A DNA stretch of 64,000 bases from Eledone cirrhosa (taxonomy: Eukaryota). The translations under genes and the position numbers were made by a program. Positions 14,100 through 26,232 of this stretch are shown here, piece by piece. Position 1 is the first letter of the stretch. Every line of letters begins with the position of its first letter. The notes beneath the pieces are model-generated. The model worked only from the letters and a program-made list of their open reading frames with translations. It made no database searches and was not told the DNA's origin. The stretch lies in contig OZ024748.1 in NCBI GenBank assembly GCA_964016885.1, positions 28,396,001 to 28,460,000 of the forward strand. Reading direction: 5' to 3'.

Positions 14100-14962
14100 G
14101 TGGATTCATGGCATCTTCACGCGGATGCTGAGAAAGGTCCAGAACATCCTGGAAAACACACGTAGCAAATAAATCGCTCTACAGTTCACACACTCGCATT
14201 TCTGGCATCTTAAGGCGTAAGAAGCTCACATTCACCGGGCATGAACGTCACAATGAATCTTCTGGAAACCAGGTGGTTGCAGGCCAATTGGCAAACCAGT
14301 CACCGCACTAAAGGATGTTCTTGAAGATGACACAGAGTTGGAAGTAAGGGAACTTCAGATAGCAATGCTGAACATGGTGAGCTGGGGGGAGGGGGAGAAT
14401 TCGTTATGGCACCGGTAACGGGTGTATAAAAGAAGAACACTTATGATATATAACCTGCCTTCGGTCTGACTTGAACGAAAGTCAGTAGAGTCATTCATGA
14501 TGGTTCTAAAGATTTGAGGAACTCTGTCGGGTAATTCCACCACAGTATCGACAGATCGATAGAGCTTCGAAACCTTTGGAATTCTTTTTAACAGCTCCTG
14601 ATTTACAAATTTCACAATTAGATTTTCGGGGCCAATGTAGCCCCTTGAGCCACTTGTGACTTGCAGACTGATATTCAAGATTAGGGAACTCTTTTTCTAC
14701 AAGATGAAATAATGATTCCACCATTGTGTCTATGGAACTTACATCAATAGCTACCTTTCTATCTACAGGAAGTCTTCCGTCTCCAAGCATCAATAGATTC
14801 TTGGCGAACTGCTCTGATTCTTTGTCTCTACCAAGATATGCCCTCATGTTTGTAGTGGGCTTCAAATCTTTGATAGAAGTCCAAAGTGTCGATTTCTTTC
14901 AAAGAGGCTCGGATTTGATAAATCCTATTACCTTTTGGAATGACTGGGAGAGTTTGTCTAAA
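14100..14962 (-). pseudogene. Decayed PIF1-like helicase fragment (Helitron RepHel-like)
   Basis: GDFRQTLPVIPKG, TTNMRA...FAKNLLMLGDG and YRSVDTV are split across frames. Confidence 0.75.
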
Positions 14963-15300
14963 ATCTCCTCCTCCTCCTCCTACTACTACTACTACTACTA
15001 ATACCACAACCACCATTACCACTACTACAACAACCACCACCACTACCGCCACCACCACCACCACCACCACCACCACTACTACTACTATTACTACTACCAC
15101 CACCATCACCACCACTGCTACCCCGACCACCACCACCACTACCGCCACAACCACCACCATAACCACCACCATAGAAGATATAGGAAGAGAGTGAGGGAGT
15201 GTGGTAAAGATATATAGACTAAAATTAGTCCAGAATTAGCCGTCGAAACGGCTTGAGCTCAGCCGTCGGGGTCCTACTCGTTCCTATATATATATATATA

Positions 15301-15385
15301 TAACATTTTACACGTTTTTATTGTATGTAAACTTCCCCCTTTGTATTTGTCCCCTTCTTTTGTGCCCCTGTGGCTAATAAAGAAA
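15301..15385 (+). mobile_element. 85-bp 3' tip of Tx1-A with short (TATC)n tail
   Basis: Essentially identical to the last 85 nt of the 3'UTR. The 5' flank is (TA)n. Confidence 0.9.
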
Positions 15386-15400
15386 TATATCTATCTATCT

Positions 15401-15555
15401 AAGGCGGGTAAAATTCCCGAGATCCATGGACGAGTTCTCTCCAGCGGTCTCTGTCCCTCATTATCGCTGCCATGTCCTGCATCTCCAACAGACCAGTGTC
15501 TGTCCTTAGGGCATCAACATACGTTAACCTTGGTCTTCCTCTTCTAGTGTGTCCA
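15401..15555 (-). mobile_element. RTE-like LINE 3' end with (TAGA)n tail
   Basis: Minus strand translates GHTRRGRPRLTYVDALRTDTG...MRDRDRWRELV, a typical RTE C-terminus. The stop runs into tagatagatag. Confidence 0.7.
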
Positions 15556-15561
15556 GAGTTG

Positions 15562-15598
<37 letters not shown>

Positions 15599-15746
15599 GG
15601 TTTGTAGGTTCACCACTGGATAGAATTGGTCATTCCGTATGGTCAATCTTGATGTAATATTATGGAGAGTACTCAACGTAGTGCAGTTCACCCGTCTTCA
15701 TTTGTGTAGTTGGTGGTGCTAATACGGAGTTAATTATTATAAATAA

Positions 15747-15943
15747 GGTGGCGGTGGATTGGCAGTATTGGTAGAGGGTCGGACGCCATGCTTTGACGCA
15801 TAGAATTACGGCCCTTGCCATTCTGAGTTCAAATCCCGCTGAGGTTAACTTTGCCTTTCATCCTTACGGGGTCGATAAAATAAAGTACCAGTAATACACT
15901 GGGTAATTGCTGGCCTTGTGCCTAACGTAGAAACAATTATTAT
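15747..15943 (+). mobile_element. tRNA-derived SINE family 1
   Basis: ggcggtggattggcagtattggtagag...gagttcaaatcc...gtagaaacaattattat. Confidence 0.8.
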
Positions 15944-16068
15944 AAATAAAATAACAGGAGGCTGGACTGGTGTAAATCCTTGAAAAGTTTATTATACTAT
16001 GATCATTTCATATATATATATATATATTGGAAAATGTGTGTAATCCTTGGTACAGTTAGGTATATTAA

Positions 16069-16328
16069 GACAGGGGGGAAGAAAAATGGCTTCACTTGTG
16101 CTTTCAACAAATTTATTTTCTTCACAAAATCCAAAAAGAATTTTTTTCCGGATTAGAAGAAATTTTTTTCTTAAAAAAAATTATTTTATAAATTAAGTTT
16201 TAATTTATAAAATAATTTTTTTTAAGAAAAAAATTTCTTCTAATCCGGAAAAAAATTATTTTTGGATTATGTGAAGAAAATAAATTTATTGAAAGCACAA
16301 GTGAAGCCATTTTTTCTTCCCCACTGTC
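16069..16328. repeat. ~260-bp near-perfect palindrome (fold-back) next to (TA)n
   Basis: Arms gacagggggg.../...ccccactgtc of ~128 bp each, with almost no spacer (centre ~16198). Confidence 0.92.
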
Positions 16329-16633
16329 ATATATATATATATATGCGTGCGTGTATGTATGTATTTATATATATGTGTATATAAATATTTATATCTACAC
16401 ACTCATACATGTGTCTGTGTGTTTGCCATCATATCTATACAGTTGACATTTTCGCTTTGCCCTCCTTCCTCCTCCTACATCTTTACGTTCATACATATAC
16501 ATTTAAACATACATACATGTATACATACATACACACACACATACATACATACATACATACATAAATACATACATACATACATACATACATACATACATAC
16601 ATACATACATACATACATACATACATACATACA

Positions 16634-17173
16634 TGGAACGCACTTCGGAAAACAAAATCAACAACAAACGAGGAAGAATATATTGAGACAGATGGCACTA
16701 AGGAATACTGGTGGAACCTGAAAATAAAAACTGCCACCAAATTAAAGCACAACCGGCCTGATATTGTAGTTTGGGACCACACATTGAAAACGTGTTCTGT
16801 TGTGGAGATCAGCTGCCCACTTGATGTAAACGTTGTCAGAAAAATACAGGAGAAGGAGGACATCTACGGACCATTGATGAGGAGTTTACAAATCCAGTAT
16901 CCAAGATACACCTTTAGCTTCATACCCATCATTATTGGTGCTACGGGTTTTATACCAACCCGCTTGGACCAAAGTATGACTGAACTTGGATTTGCGGACA
17001 AAAAGCGCAGCTCCCTAATTCATAGTCTACAAATGGCTGCGATAGCTGGCACCTTCAAAATTTGCAAAACATTCTTGCGATTCAAGGGATGACAATTTCT
17101 TTTCTTTTACAACCTTGCCACCAGGAAGGTGGCCGGTCAAAAAAATATACTCGAAATTAAGAGAAAGAGAAAA
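16634..17173 (+). mobile_element. 5'-truncated copy of the R4-like element, flanked by (TACA)n
   Basis: Near-identical to ~20794-21332, with only about three differences seen. Confidence 0.95.
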
Positions 17174-17271
17174 CATACATACATACATACATGCATACAT
17201 ACATAAATACATACATACATACATAAATACATACATACATACATACATACATACATACATACATACATACA

Positions 17272-17300
<29 letters not shown>

Positions 17301-17305
<5 letters not shown>

Positions 17306-20300
17306 AAATGGCGACCGTTGTGGTCAGTGTCCGATAATCGGACGTGTGTAATTACGGCTTACATGAAGGCAACATACCATATATTGGAAAAAGTTGAGCT
17401 ACATTACGCGGTAAGATTACATACAATAATTCTACATAAGTGTTTGAACTGTAAGTGTGTTGTAAAACACCTATTTATATGAACGATACATACACTTATG
17501 ATATATGAACGATACATACACTTTAACATATAAATGCAACGTTGTTATATTACATTTATAAAGAAATATTACATTTATATAAAACACAGCTGTAGAATTA
17601 AAAACTAACTGAAAAGAAATATTACTCAAGCTGTGAATAACTTTAAATTTGATTCTGACAGAACTTTGTCGTAACTTTTAAAGAAGATCATCGACTATTT
17701 TGAAAAATAAATACGAAATATTAGTGAATAGACGAACTCATCATGGCAAAAAGTACAAGTCTCCTTCGACCAAATCGCAATTACAACCGTTGTACACAGT
17801 GGACCTACGAGCTTAACAAAGTATTATATGAAGCATACAAACAATCTGAACCCCAAAAGTTCGGTTTTATGCAACGGCTAAAAACTTTATGGAACTCCAA
17901 ACACCCAGAATTAGACTTTTCTCCAAAGCATTTAAATGAACAGGCAAAACGTATCATTAGATGTAAATTGATACATCTAACGGAATCGAGTGATACTACA
18001 AATACAGCCCTTGTAGACAACCACCCCACCTCCACTGACAGACAAAGAGAATGGCCAGCTAAATCTAACAGTGAACAGCTCACCAACAATTTTGCTGAAA
18101 TTCATCCCACTTCCACTGAAGAACAGCGAGAAAGGTCAGCTGACTCTAGTAGTAATTGTCACCACATCAACAACGAGGCTGAAATTCATGACTCTACTGA
18201 ACAAACAGAGCACCAAAAACTTGTGGGCTCCCTACAAGTGATATGGAATGATATGTTTCAAGAGATACACAGCCTTAATGTGAGTGACAGACCATACAAC
18301 ACTAGAGTCAGTAAAGAACCCACTAAATTGGAATTGGAAGCGGTGAACGAAATAGCTGGCAATTATCTGAAGGCTATACGATCTAAAGGTGTAGAAACGA
18401 CATTTGAAACGCTTAATGTTTTGTTATATGTTTCAGCTGTCACATTGCTAGCATATAACACACATCTAAAACCACGCAATCAAGATACAAACAGAAAGCC
18501 TGAACCAGCGTGGATGCGAAATTTAAAAACCAAAATTTTGTCCCTGAGACGAAGTATCTCACACATCGCAGTCGTTATGAAATGCAACATAGAGAGCAAC
18601 TTCACACAACACCAGGAAGACCTAAAGAAAATGTTAGAGAGAAGATTTGGAGATACAAAATTTAAAACTTTGAACTCCAAATTACACCAGTTGAAACAAC
18701 AACTCACAGCTACAACAGAAAGACTAAAATATAAGTCAACAGCACATAAACGACAAGTGCTAAATAGATTGTTTGCCAGAGATCCTAAATCAGTTTATCG
18801 CAGCTTCGGTGGCAAAAGCTCAATCTCTGTAAATGACACCCCTTCAAAAGAACAGGTTGAGAGCTACTGGAGATCTGTATGGGAAACGGATGACGGATTC
18901 AACAGACAAGCTAATTGGCTAAAAGAACTGGAACAGGACTACTGCCAACATGTCCTGACAAAACAATATGACATAGATGGGTCAATACTGGAAACAGCTC
19001 TACAGAAAATGTCGAATAGGAAATCGCCAGGCCCAGACCTCATTACAGGATACTGGTTGAAGAATTTCACTTTCTATCGGCAAGATCTCATACGGCTGTT
19101 TACAGAAACCATTAAGGGCACACAAGAACTGCCCAGATGGTTATCAACTGCCTCTACTCTCCTCATTCCCCAAAATAGCCAAACCACCCTTGCTAAAAAT
19201 TACCGCCCAATTGCCTGCCAAAACATCATGTATAAATTATATACTGGGTGCCTTAACCTGTTCTTACAGGATCACTGTGCTACCAACAACATCATAACAC
19301 CTGAGCAAGCTGGTGGAAAGAGGGAGGTGTGGGGTTGCATAGATCACCTACTAACTAATAAAATGATTCAGGAAAAAACAACAAAGAATCGCAGAAACAT
19401 GACTGTCGTGTGGCTGGACTATCAAAAAGCATTTGATAGTGTACCTCATGGGTGGATTGTTAAGGCTTTACAGTTAGCTAAAGTCCCACAACCATTGGTA
19501 GCTGCTGTTGAACGCCTGACCAAGAACTGGTACACCAGTTTGATCCTTAGAGGTGAGAAGGAGCAGGTTAAGACTGATAAGATACATTACCAGAAGGGCA
19601 TCTTTCAGGGTGATAGCTTGTCAGTGCTACTCTTCGTTCTCTCACTGAATCCACTATCTTACCTACTCAGGAAACAAGGTCGACAAAGAAGTGGGACCAG
19701 AAGTATCTCCCATCTTTTCTTTGTTGATGACCTGAAGTTGTATGGGCCAAATATCAATGACATCAAGAAACAATTGGACCTCATTACACAATTTTCAACC
19801 GACATCAAAATGAAATTTGGTGAGTCCAAGTGTGCATATTTGGCAGTAAAACGTGGAAGAGCTGTGCCCTCCTCTAGAAATCTAGAGATGAACGGCCTGA
19901 CAATACAACCTCTGCAGTCAGGTGACAACTACAGATATCTTGGACAGGATGAGAATGTCAGATATGATGGACCCATAAATAAGGAGAGAACCAGAACTGA
20001 ATACCTCAGAAGAGTAAAGAAAATATGGTCATCAGAACTGTCAGCATACAACAAATACATTGCCCACAATACTTATGCTGTGCCAATTCTAACGCCAACA
20101 TTTGGCCTACTGAACTGGTCATTGCAAGAACTAAGTGAGATGGATGTTAGAACTCGAAAACTTCTCAGTGTTACTGGGAACTTTAACATCAATGGTGATG
20201 TGGATAGGCTATACTTCTCACGCAAGGAAGGTGGCCGGGGTCTAAAATCAATATTAACAACATATGAGACCCGGATAGTGACACTGAAGCAACACCTTCA

Positions 20301-21332
20301 ACAGAGGAAAAAGGTTGGCAACCATCTTGCCCAGGTTTATGACCATGAAAAAAGAAATATCATTAGAATAGCGACTGATCTGGAGGAGAGATATGGAATA
20401 AAGCCCGATATAAATCTCTCACCCAGAGAAATCGGAAGATCCTATTCAATGTTCAAACAAGAAAAAAAAATTGACCAATTTACAGAAAAAGTTGTGCATG
20501 GATACTTGAGGCGTAAAACACAGACCATAGAGGGGATAAACCACTCAAAAAGCCTGGCATGGAGTTCCGACAAGTTTATGACATCACACCTTGAGGGATA
20601 TCTCTATGCAATACAGGAACAAGAACTCCCTACCAAATATCTGCTGCACAAAAGAGGAGGGCCAGCAGCTGACAATAAATGTAGGCTATGTAAAACAAAG
20701 ATCGAGGATGTAAGCCACATTGTTGCCAGCTGCGAAAGAATGTCATCTCGCTACTACCTCCCCATGAGACACGATGGGATAGCTAGAACCATCTGGAACG
20801 CACTTCGGAAAACAAAATCAACAACAAACGAGGAAGAATATATTGAGACAGATGGCACTAAGGAATACTGGTGGAACCTGAAAATAAAAACTGCCACCAA
20901 ATTAAAGCACAACCGGCCTGATATTGTAGTTTGGGACCACACATTGAAAACGTGTTCTGTTGTGGAGATCAGCTGCCCACTTGATGTAAACGTTGTCAGA
21001 AAAATACAGGAGAAGGAGGACATCTACGGACCATTGATGAGGAGTTTACAAATCCAGTATCCAAGATACACCTTTAGCTTCATACCCATCATTATTGGTG
21101 CTACGGGTTATATACCAACCCGCTTGGACCAAAGTATGACTGAACTTGGATTTGCGGACAAAAAGCGCAGCTCCCTAATTCATAGTCTACAAATGGCTGC
21201 GATAGCTGGCACCTTCAAAATTTGCAAAACATTCTTGCGATTCAAGGGATGACAATTTCTTTTCTTTTACAACCTTGCCACCAGGAAGGTGGCCGGTCAA
21301 AAAATATACTCAAAATTAAGAGAAAGAGAAAA
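17301..21332 (+). mobile_element. Full-length R4/Dong-clade RLE non-LTR retrotransposon between (TACA)n tracts
   Basis: ~440-nt 5'UTR, single intact ORF, and 80-nt 3'UTR with hairpin gccacc-aggaa-ggtggc. (TACA)n lies on both sides. Confidence 0.93.
17743..21252 (+). CDS. R4-clade polyprotein, 1169 aa: Myb/SANT-like N-terminus, RT, CCHC, restriction-like endonuclease
   Basis: WTYELNKVLY...[61 protein letters not shown] and RPDIVVWD...VEISCP...K..Y are all present, with no stops. Confidence 0.95.
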   Translation: MAKSTSLLRPNRNYNRCTQWTYELNKVLYEAYKQSEPQKFGFMQRLKTLWNSKHPELDFSPKHLNEQAKRIIRCKLIHLTESSDTTNTALVDNHPTSTDRQREWPAKSNSEQLTNNFAEIHPTSTEEQRERSADSSSNCHHINNEAEIHDSTEQTEHQKLVGSLQVIWNDMFQEIHSLNVSDRPYNTRVSKEPTKLELEAVNEIAGNYLKAIRSKGVETTFETLNVLLYVSAVTLLAYNTHLKPRNQDTNRKPEPAWMRNLKTKILSLRRSISHIAVVMKCNIESNFTQHQEDLKKMLERRFGDTKFKTLNSKLHQLKQQLTATTERLKYKSTAHKRQVLNRLFARDPKSVYRSFGGKSSISVNDTPSKEQVESYWRSVWETDDGFNRQANWLKELEQDYCQHVLTKQYDIDGSILETALQKMSNRKSPGPDLITGYWLKNFTFYRQDLIRLFTETIKGTQELPRWLSTASTLLIPQNSQTTLAKNYRPIACQNIMYKLYTGCLNLFLQDHCATNNIITPEQAGGKREVWGCIDHLLTNKMIQEKTTKNRRNMTVVWLDYQKAFDSVPHGWIVKALQLAKVPQPLVAAVERLTKNWYTSLILRGEKEQVKTDKIHYQKGIFQGDSLSVLLFVLSLNPLSYLLRKQGRQRSGTRSISHLFFVDDLKLYGPNINDIKKQLDLITQFSTDIKMKFGESKCAYLAVKRGRAVPSSRNLEMNGLTIQPLQSGDNYRYLGQDENVRYDGPINKERTRTEYLRRVKKIWSSELSAYNKYIAHNTYAVPILTPTFGLLNWSLQELSEMDVRTRKLLSVTGNFNINGDVDRLYFSRKEGGRGLKSILTTYETRIVTLKQHLQQRKKVGNHLAQVYDHEKRNIIRIATDLEERYGIKPDINLSPREIGRSYSMFKQEKKIDQFTEKVVHGYLRRKTQTIEGINHSKSLAWSSDKFMTSHLEGYLYAIQEQELPTKYLLHKRGGPAADNKCRLCKTKIEDVSHIVASCERMSSRYYLPMRHDGIARTIWNALRKTKSTTNEEEYIETDGTKEYWWNLKIKTATKLKHNRPDIVVWDHTLKTCSVVEISCPLDVNVVRKIQEKEDIYGPLMRSLQIQYPRYTFSFIPIIIGATGYIPTRLDQSMTELGFADKKRSSLIHSLQMAAIAGTFKICKTFLRFKG

Positions 21333-21366
21333 CATACATACATACATAAATACATACATACATGCA

Positions 21367-21400
<34 letters not shown>

Positions 21401-22444
21401 AATACATACATACATGCATGCATACATACATACATAAATGCATGCATACATACATACATACATAATTACACACACACACACGCATATATATATATATATA
21501 TATATAAATTCTACACACACACATACACACGTACATAAATACAAAAGTATATAGATACTCACATACGCACACACACGCAGCATTATACTTATTTTTCTGT
21601 TTTTTTTGTTTTCGGAAGTAGACTATATATTTATTTATTTCTGTTCGTGGGAGATTGGTTGTCAGTAAAACCTTAAATATATGTAATAGATGGAGGTATT
21701 AGCGGTGGTGGTTGGTGGTTGGTGGTCGTGATAGAGGTGGTAATGGAGAGGGTAATGCGATGGTGGTGTGTATGGAAAATGATGGTGGCGATAGTGCTGG
21801 TAATAATGAAGGTGGTGGTGGTGGTAGTGATGGCGAAGGAGGATTTAGACAAATAAATAAAAATAACATTGTGCCCTGAAGGGAGAAAGCCAAAGTGAAA
21901 TAATCGCCTCCTCCCACTCTCTTCAAAATCAACAAAAGAAGCCAAAAGGCAAATAATCTCTGCCCCTCACCCCCCACACATATATATATATACATACCAG
22001 AGACAGATATAGGTATTCACAAACACAATCAGGTACAAACACACACGCATACACTAAAAATACAAATGCACTAAACAGTCACTATACACAGACACGCACA
22101 GAAACAGCCATGCATTAAACACACACATGAATACCTCTTCAACCAATCACAAACACCCACACACACTCACGCTCCATACCGTCACATAAACACAACACAG
22201 GGAACAAACGTCCTTTAACAATCGTTTCATTTCTGACCTAAAACCAAATAGGACTTAATTCTTCGTTTGTTCTCACCACCTTATTACTCTCTTTTTATCT
22301 CTCCCTCTACCCCATTCTCTGTCCTCTTCTCCCTCTCTCTATTCCCCTCCTTCACTTTCAATCCCTTTCTCTCTTTCTTTCTATCTATCTCTTATCATAT
22401 TTTTTTCTTTATACACATAAACACATATACGTACATACACACAT

Positions 22445-22491
<47 letters not shown>

Positions 22492-22743
22492 CTGATGGAA
22501 TTAGCATGGGCCGGTGGCATCTCAGCGTACTCAAAAGGTAATGTTAAATAAACTCCCAGAGTAGACACGAAGTTATTTGCCTCAATACAACACACGTAAA
22601 TGAGTACCTTCAATTATTCCCGTACTCGAGTTTCGGCCACACCTAATGCAGCAATATGGTCACAGCACCCTCTTTCCGCATATATTATGCAACAATTCAC
22701 AATCGGCGCATGTGTATATATATTGCACCTGTACTATATATAT

Positions 22744-22827
<84 letters not shown>

Positions 22828-22963
22828 AATTTTCGATACTATTGTTTTGTTTTTGCGAATTTTGTCAACTACTTTTAACATCCGACGAATCACGCGCAGC
22901 TCATTAACAGTTGTAAACAGAAAACTTTCTTTCAAAATTTCAAAAGTTTCTCTTTTTTTTTAA

Positions 22964-24633
22964 ATGGCTTGTGCTCCTCCAGCTAAGAGAAAAAGGAAAT
23001 TGAACGAAGAAGAGCGAGTGTTTCAAGAAAAGTGGCAATTACAGTATTTTTGCTCAACGGTGAACGGAAAGATACACTGTTTAATTTGCAACAACTGCAT
23101 CGCCAAAAGAGTACAATTTGAAAAGGCGTTATGATACCAACCATCGATCTTACGATAAATATGAAGGCCCAATGGGTGTTTCAAGACTCAAGGAATTGAA
23201 GGCTAACTTGTCACAGCAACAGACCTGTTTTATGTAAATTCAGGAAGAGAATGTCGCTTCCGTTATTGCAAGCTATGAACTCAGCCGAATGATCGCCTTG
23301 AGTGAGAGATCTTACAGTGAAGGAAATTTTGTAAAGCAATGCCTTGTAAAATCAGCTGAAATTGTACGTTCAGAGAAAGCACAGTTATTCAAAGACATTT
23401 CACTAACCTGGAACACTGTTGTTGACAGATTGATGAAATGTCAGGTGATCTGAAATAACAGTTAAAGGCTGTATCATCAAGGTTTGAACATGTTTCTATT
23501 GCTATTGATGAGATCGTTGACATCACTGGAATAGCACAGCTTGCATTCTTCATCAGGGCCTGTGACAGTAAATTTAATATTTAGGAAGAACTGATTGAAC
23601 TGGTCCCCATGCATGACACTATAACAAGCCAGGACATCTTTGAGAAGGTCGAGTAGGTTCTGCATGACTATGGTTTTGATTTGAGTAAACTTGCATGTTT
23701 ATCTACTGACGGTGCTGACGAACAAAAATAGAAAACTCGCATCCAGATTCATCATTTGCCCATTTTCACTGTATTATTCATCAACAAAATTTATGTTCAA
23801 AGATTTTAAAATTGTATCATGTGCTTAGCTTGAATACAAAGACAGTGAACTATATCATAGGCCGTGCTCTCAACTGCCGTCAGTTCAGCCAGTTGTTGGA
23901 AGATATGAATAATCAGTTCACCAATGTTCCATTCTACACAGAATTCCGCTGGTTGTCATGTCAAAAAGTGCTGAAAAGATTCTATTTGTTGAGACAAGAA
24001 ACAATTATGTTTTTGGAGACGAAAGGTCAAAATACAGATGAAATAAAAGATAAAAGTTAGCTCCAAGATCTGGCTTTTGCTGTGGATATTACAATTAACT
24101 GATCTTAATTTGAAATTACAAGGTAAAAACGAACTCATCACTCAATTGTATGATGACGTTAAGTGCTTCATTAGAAAACTAAGCTTATGGAAGTCACAGG
24201 CCCTGATGAAGAATGCAAGCTGTGCTCGTCCAGTGATGTCAACGGTCTCATCAATAGCAATTATTTCCAGCACCATTCATCTTTGATGTTGTCAAGGCAG
24301 AAAAAAGCCTGCAGATGGAACTATTGGAAATTCAGTCAGATTCCTCACTCAGAACAAAGTATCTTGAAGTGAGGATACCTGGTTTCTTTTCATACCTTCC
24401 CCAAAAGTTTAAAAAATTCAGAAAGTTTGCCACAAAGATTATGGAAATGTTTGGTTCTACCTATGTGCGGGAAGTTATTTTCCTTCATGAAATTAACAAA
24501 AACTTCTCAGAGAACAAGGCTGACTGATCAATACCTGTCATCTCTGATCAAAGTCGGAACTGTACAGACATTTCAGCCAGACATACCAAAAATTGTCAAC
24601 AAAAAGATGTCAAGCCTCAGGACAAAACACTAA
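22964..24633 (+). pseudogene. Decayed hAT transposase (SPIN/GTF2IRD2-like)
   Basis: RVFQEKWQLQYF..CLIC, SIAIDE..DI, STDGA, HCIIHQQ, FYTEFRWLS, LNLKLQGK and MFGSTY are present, with many stops and frameshifts. Confidence 0.88.
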
Positions 24634-25068
24634 AAATGGTTGAATAGTAGCAAATAAATGTTCAGTTTTGAACTGTTGTAAAGTTTGTACAATGTATTTG
24701 TTGTTGTTGCAAGCTGCAAGTATATGTTGCCATTTAAAATTTAAGTTTTTTGTCAAACCACTTCATTACTTTGTATTCATGAATGCTGCTAAAACATTTG
24801 TATGTACATTGTATGTTTCTAAATTGAAGTAACACATTTTTCTGCAATATATTTTATTAAATGACTTTAATTAGTTGTAATATGCAAAATTAGTTGTCGT
24901 GTGTGGCCCTCAGAAACACAATTTAATAATCCCGAAAATATTTGGGATTATTAAATTTGCTAAGGTAAGATTCTATTGTTATCTTTAATTTTCTAATGCA
25001 TTGAATGGCTTTCAAAATTATTTAAATTTATATTTCCTATTTAACAATGCTTCAAGCAAAATACAACG

Positions 25069-25134
<66 letters not shown>

Positions 25135-25176
25135 TAAACTGTTAAAACAATCAAATCTTAGTTTAATACATTTATT

Positions 25177-25223
25177 TGCTGACAATTGTTTCTTCAAGAG
25201 GGAAGTCTGGGATCATCGGAGCA
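25177..25223 (-). ncRNA. Hammerhead ribozyme (CCGAUGA core variant), left arm
   Basis: UGCU-CCGAUGA-[stem II]-GAAA-CAAUUG-UC-AGCA followed by AAUAAA. Confidence 0.55.
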
Positions 25224-25568
25224 TAGGGAATGTCTAAATAGGTTTCTAAAATCCTAGTCATTCAGAACATTTAGGTAGGTACATAAGTGTTGTTAGTGTC
25301 ATAGACATCATGTAGAGAATCAGGAATTAAAAAGATGTTATGCATGAGAGAACACAATTATAAGGAGCACTGGTTGAAAGTATAGGAGGCAAAGCAAAAA
25401 GTACAGGCAAAAAAACATTCAACCAGTGCTCCTTATAATTGTGTTCTCTCATGCATAACATCTTTTTAACTCCTGATTCTCTATATGATGTCTATGAAAC
25501 TAACAACACTTATGTATCTAAATGTTCTGAAAGACTAGGATTTTAATCACCTGTTTAGACATTCCCTA

Positions 25569-25615
25569 TGCTCCGATGATTCCAGACTTCCCTCTTGAAG
25601 AAACAATTGTCAGCA
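25569..25615 (+). ncRNA. Hammerhead ribozyme (CCGAUGA core variant), right arm
   Basis: UGCU-CCGAUGA-uuc..gaa-GAAA-CAAUUG-UC-AGCA. Stem III is the palindrome ACAAUUGU, the triplet is GUC, and AAUAAA follows immediately. Confidence 0.6.
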
Positions 25616-25904
25616 AATAAATGTATTAAAGTAAGATTTGATTGTTTTAACACTTTGTATCTCGGCTCTGTAAAACACTTGATAATTTGTATTGAGCCTT
25701 TTGTCATACCGGTAACCGGCTAGTACTTCGTACTACACTCCATATTTATAATTGTATATTAAACATATATAAGTATAAATATTGTTATTATTACTATATA
25801 TATATATATGTATATAGATATATATACATATATATATATACATATATATATTGTATATCATTGCTTGCGTTGTACGTTGGTATATATATACAGCCATCTA
25901 TCCG

Positions 25905-26232
25905 TCTATCTACCTACCTACCTACATATCTACTTACCTACCTACCTAACTTATCTACTTACCTACCTACCTACCTACATATCTACCAACCAGGCAACCT
26001 ACCTACCTTCCTACCTACCTACCTACCTACCTACCTACCTACCTACCTACCTACCTACCTACCTACCTACCTACCTACCTACCTACATACATACATACAT
26101 ACATATCTACCTACCTACCTACATACATACCTACCAACCTACCAACCTACCTACCTACCTACCTACCTCGCTACCTACCTACCTACCTACTTACTTACCA
26201 GTTTAACAACCTACCTATCTACCTACCTACCT
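25905..26232. repeat. (CCTA)n/(TACA)n microsatellite
   Basis: Direct inspection. Confidence 0.95.

Larger units (their letters stand above)
25140..25652. repeat. Inverted repeat (~238-bp arms, ~39-bp spacer) next to (TA)n
   Basis: 25140-25378 is the reverse complement of 25418-25652, with scattered mismatches. Confidence 0.95.

Noticed and set aside
18116-18145. CTGAAGA...GAAA within the R4 ORF
   Set aside because: There is no stem II or III, so it is a coding coincidence.
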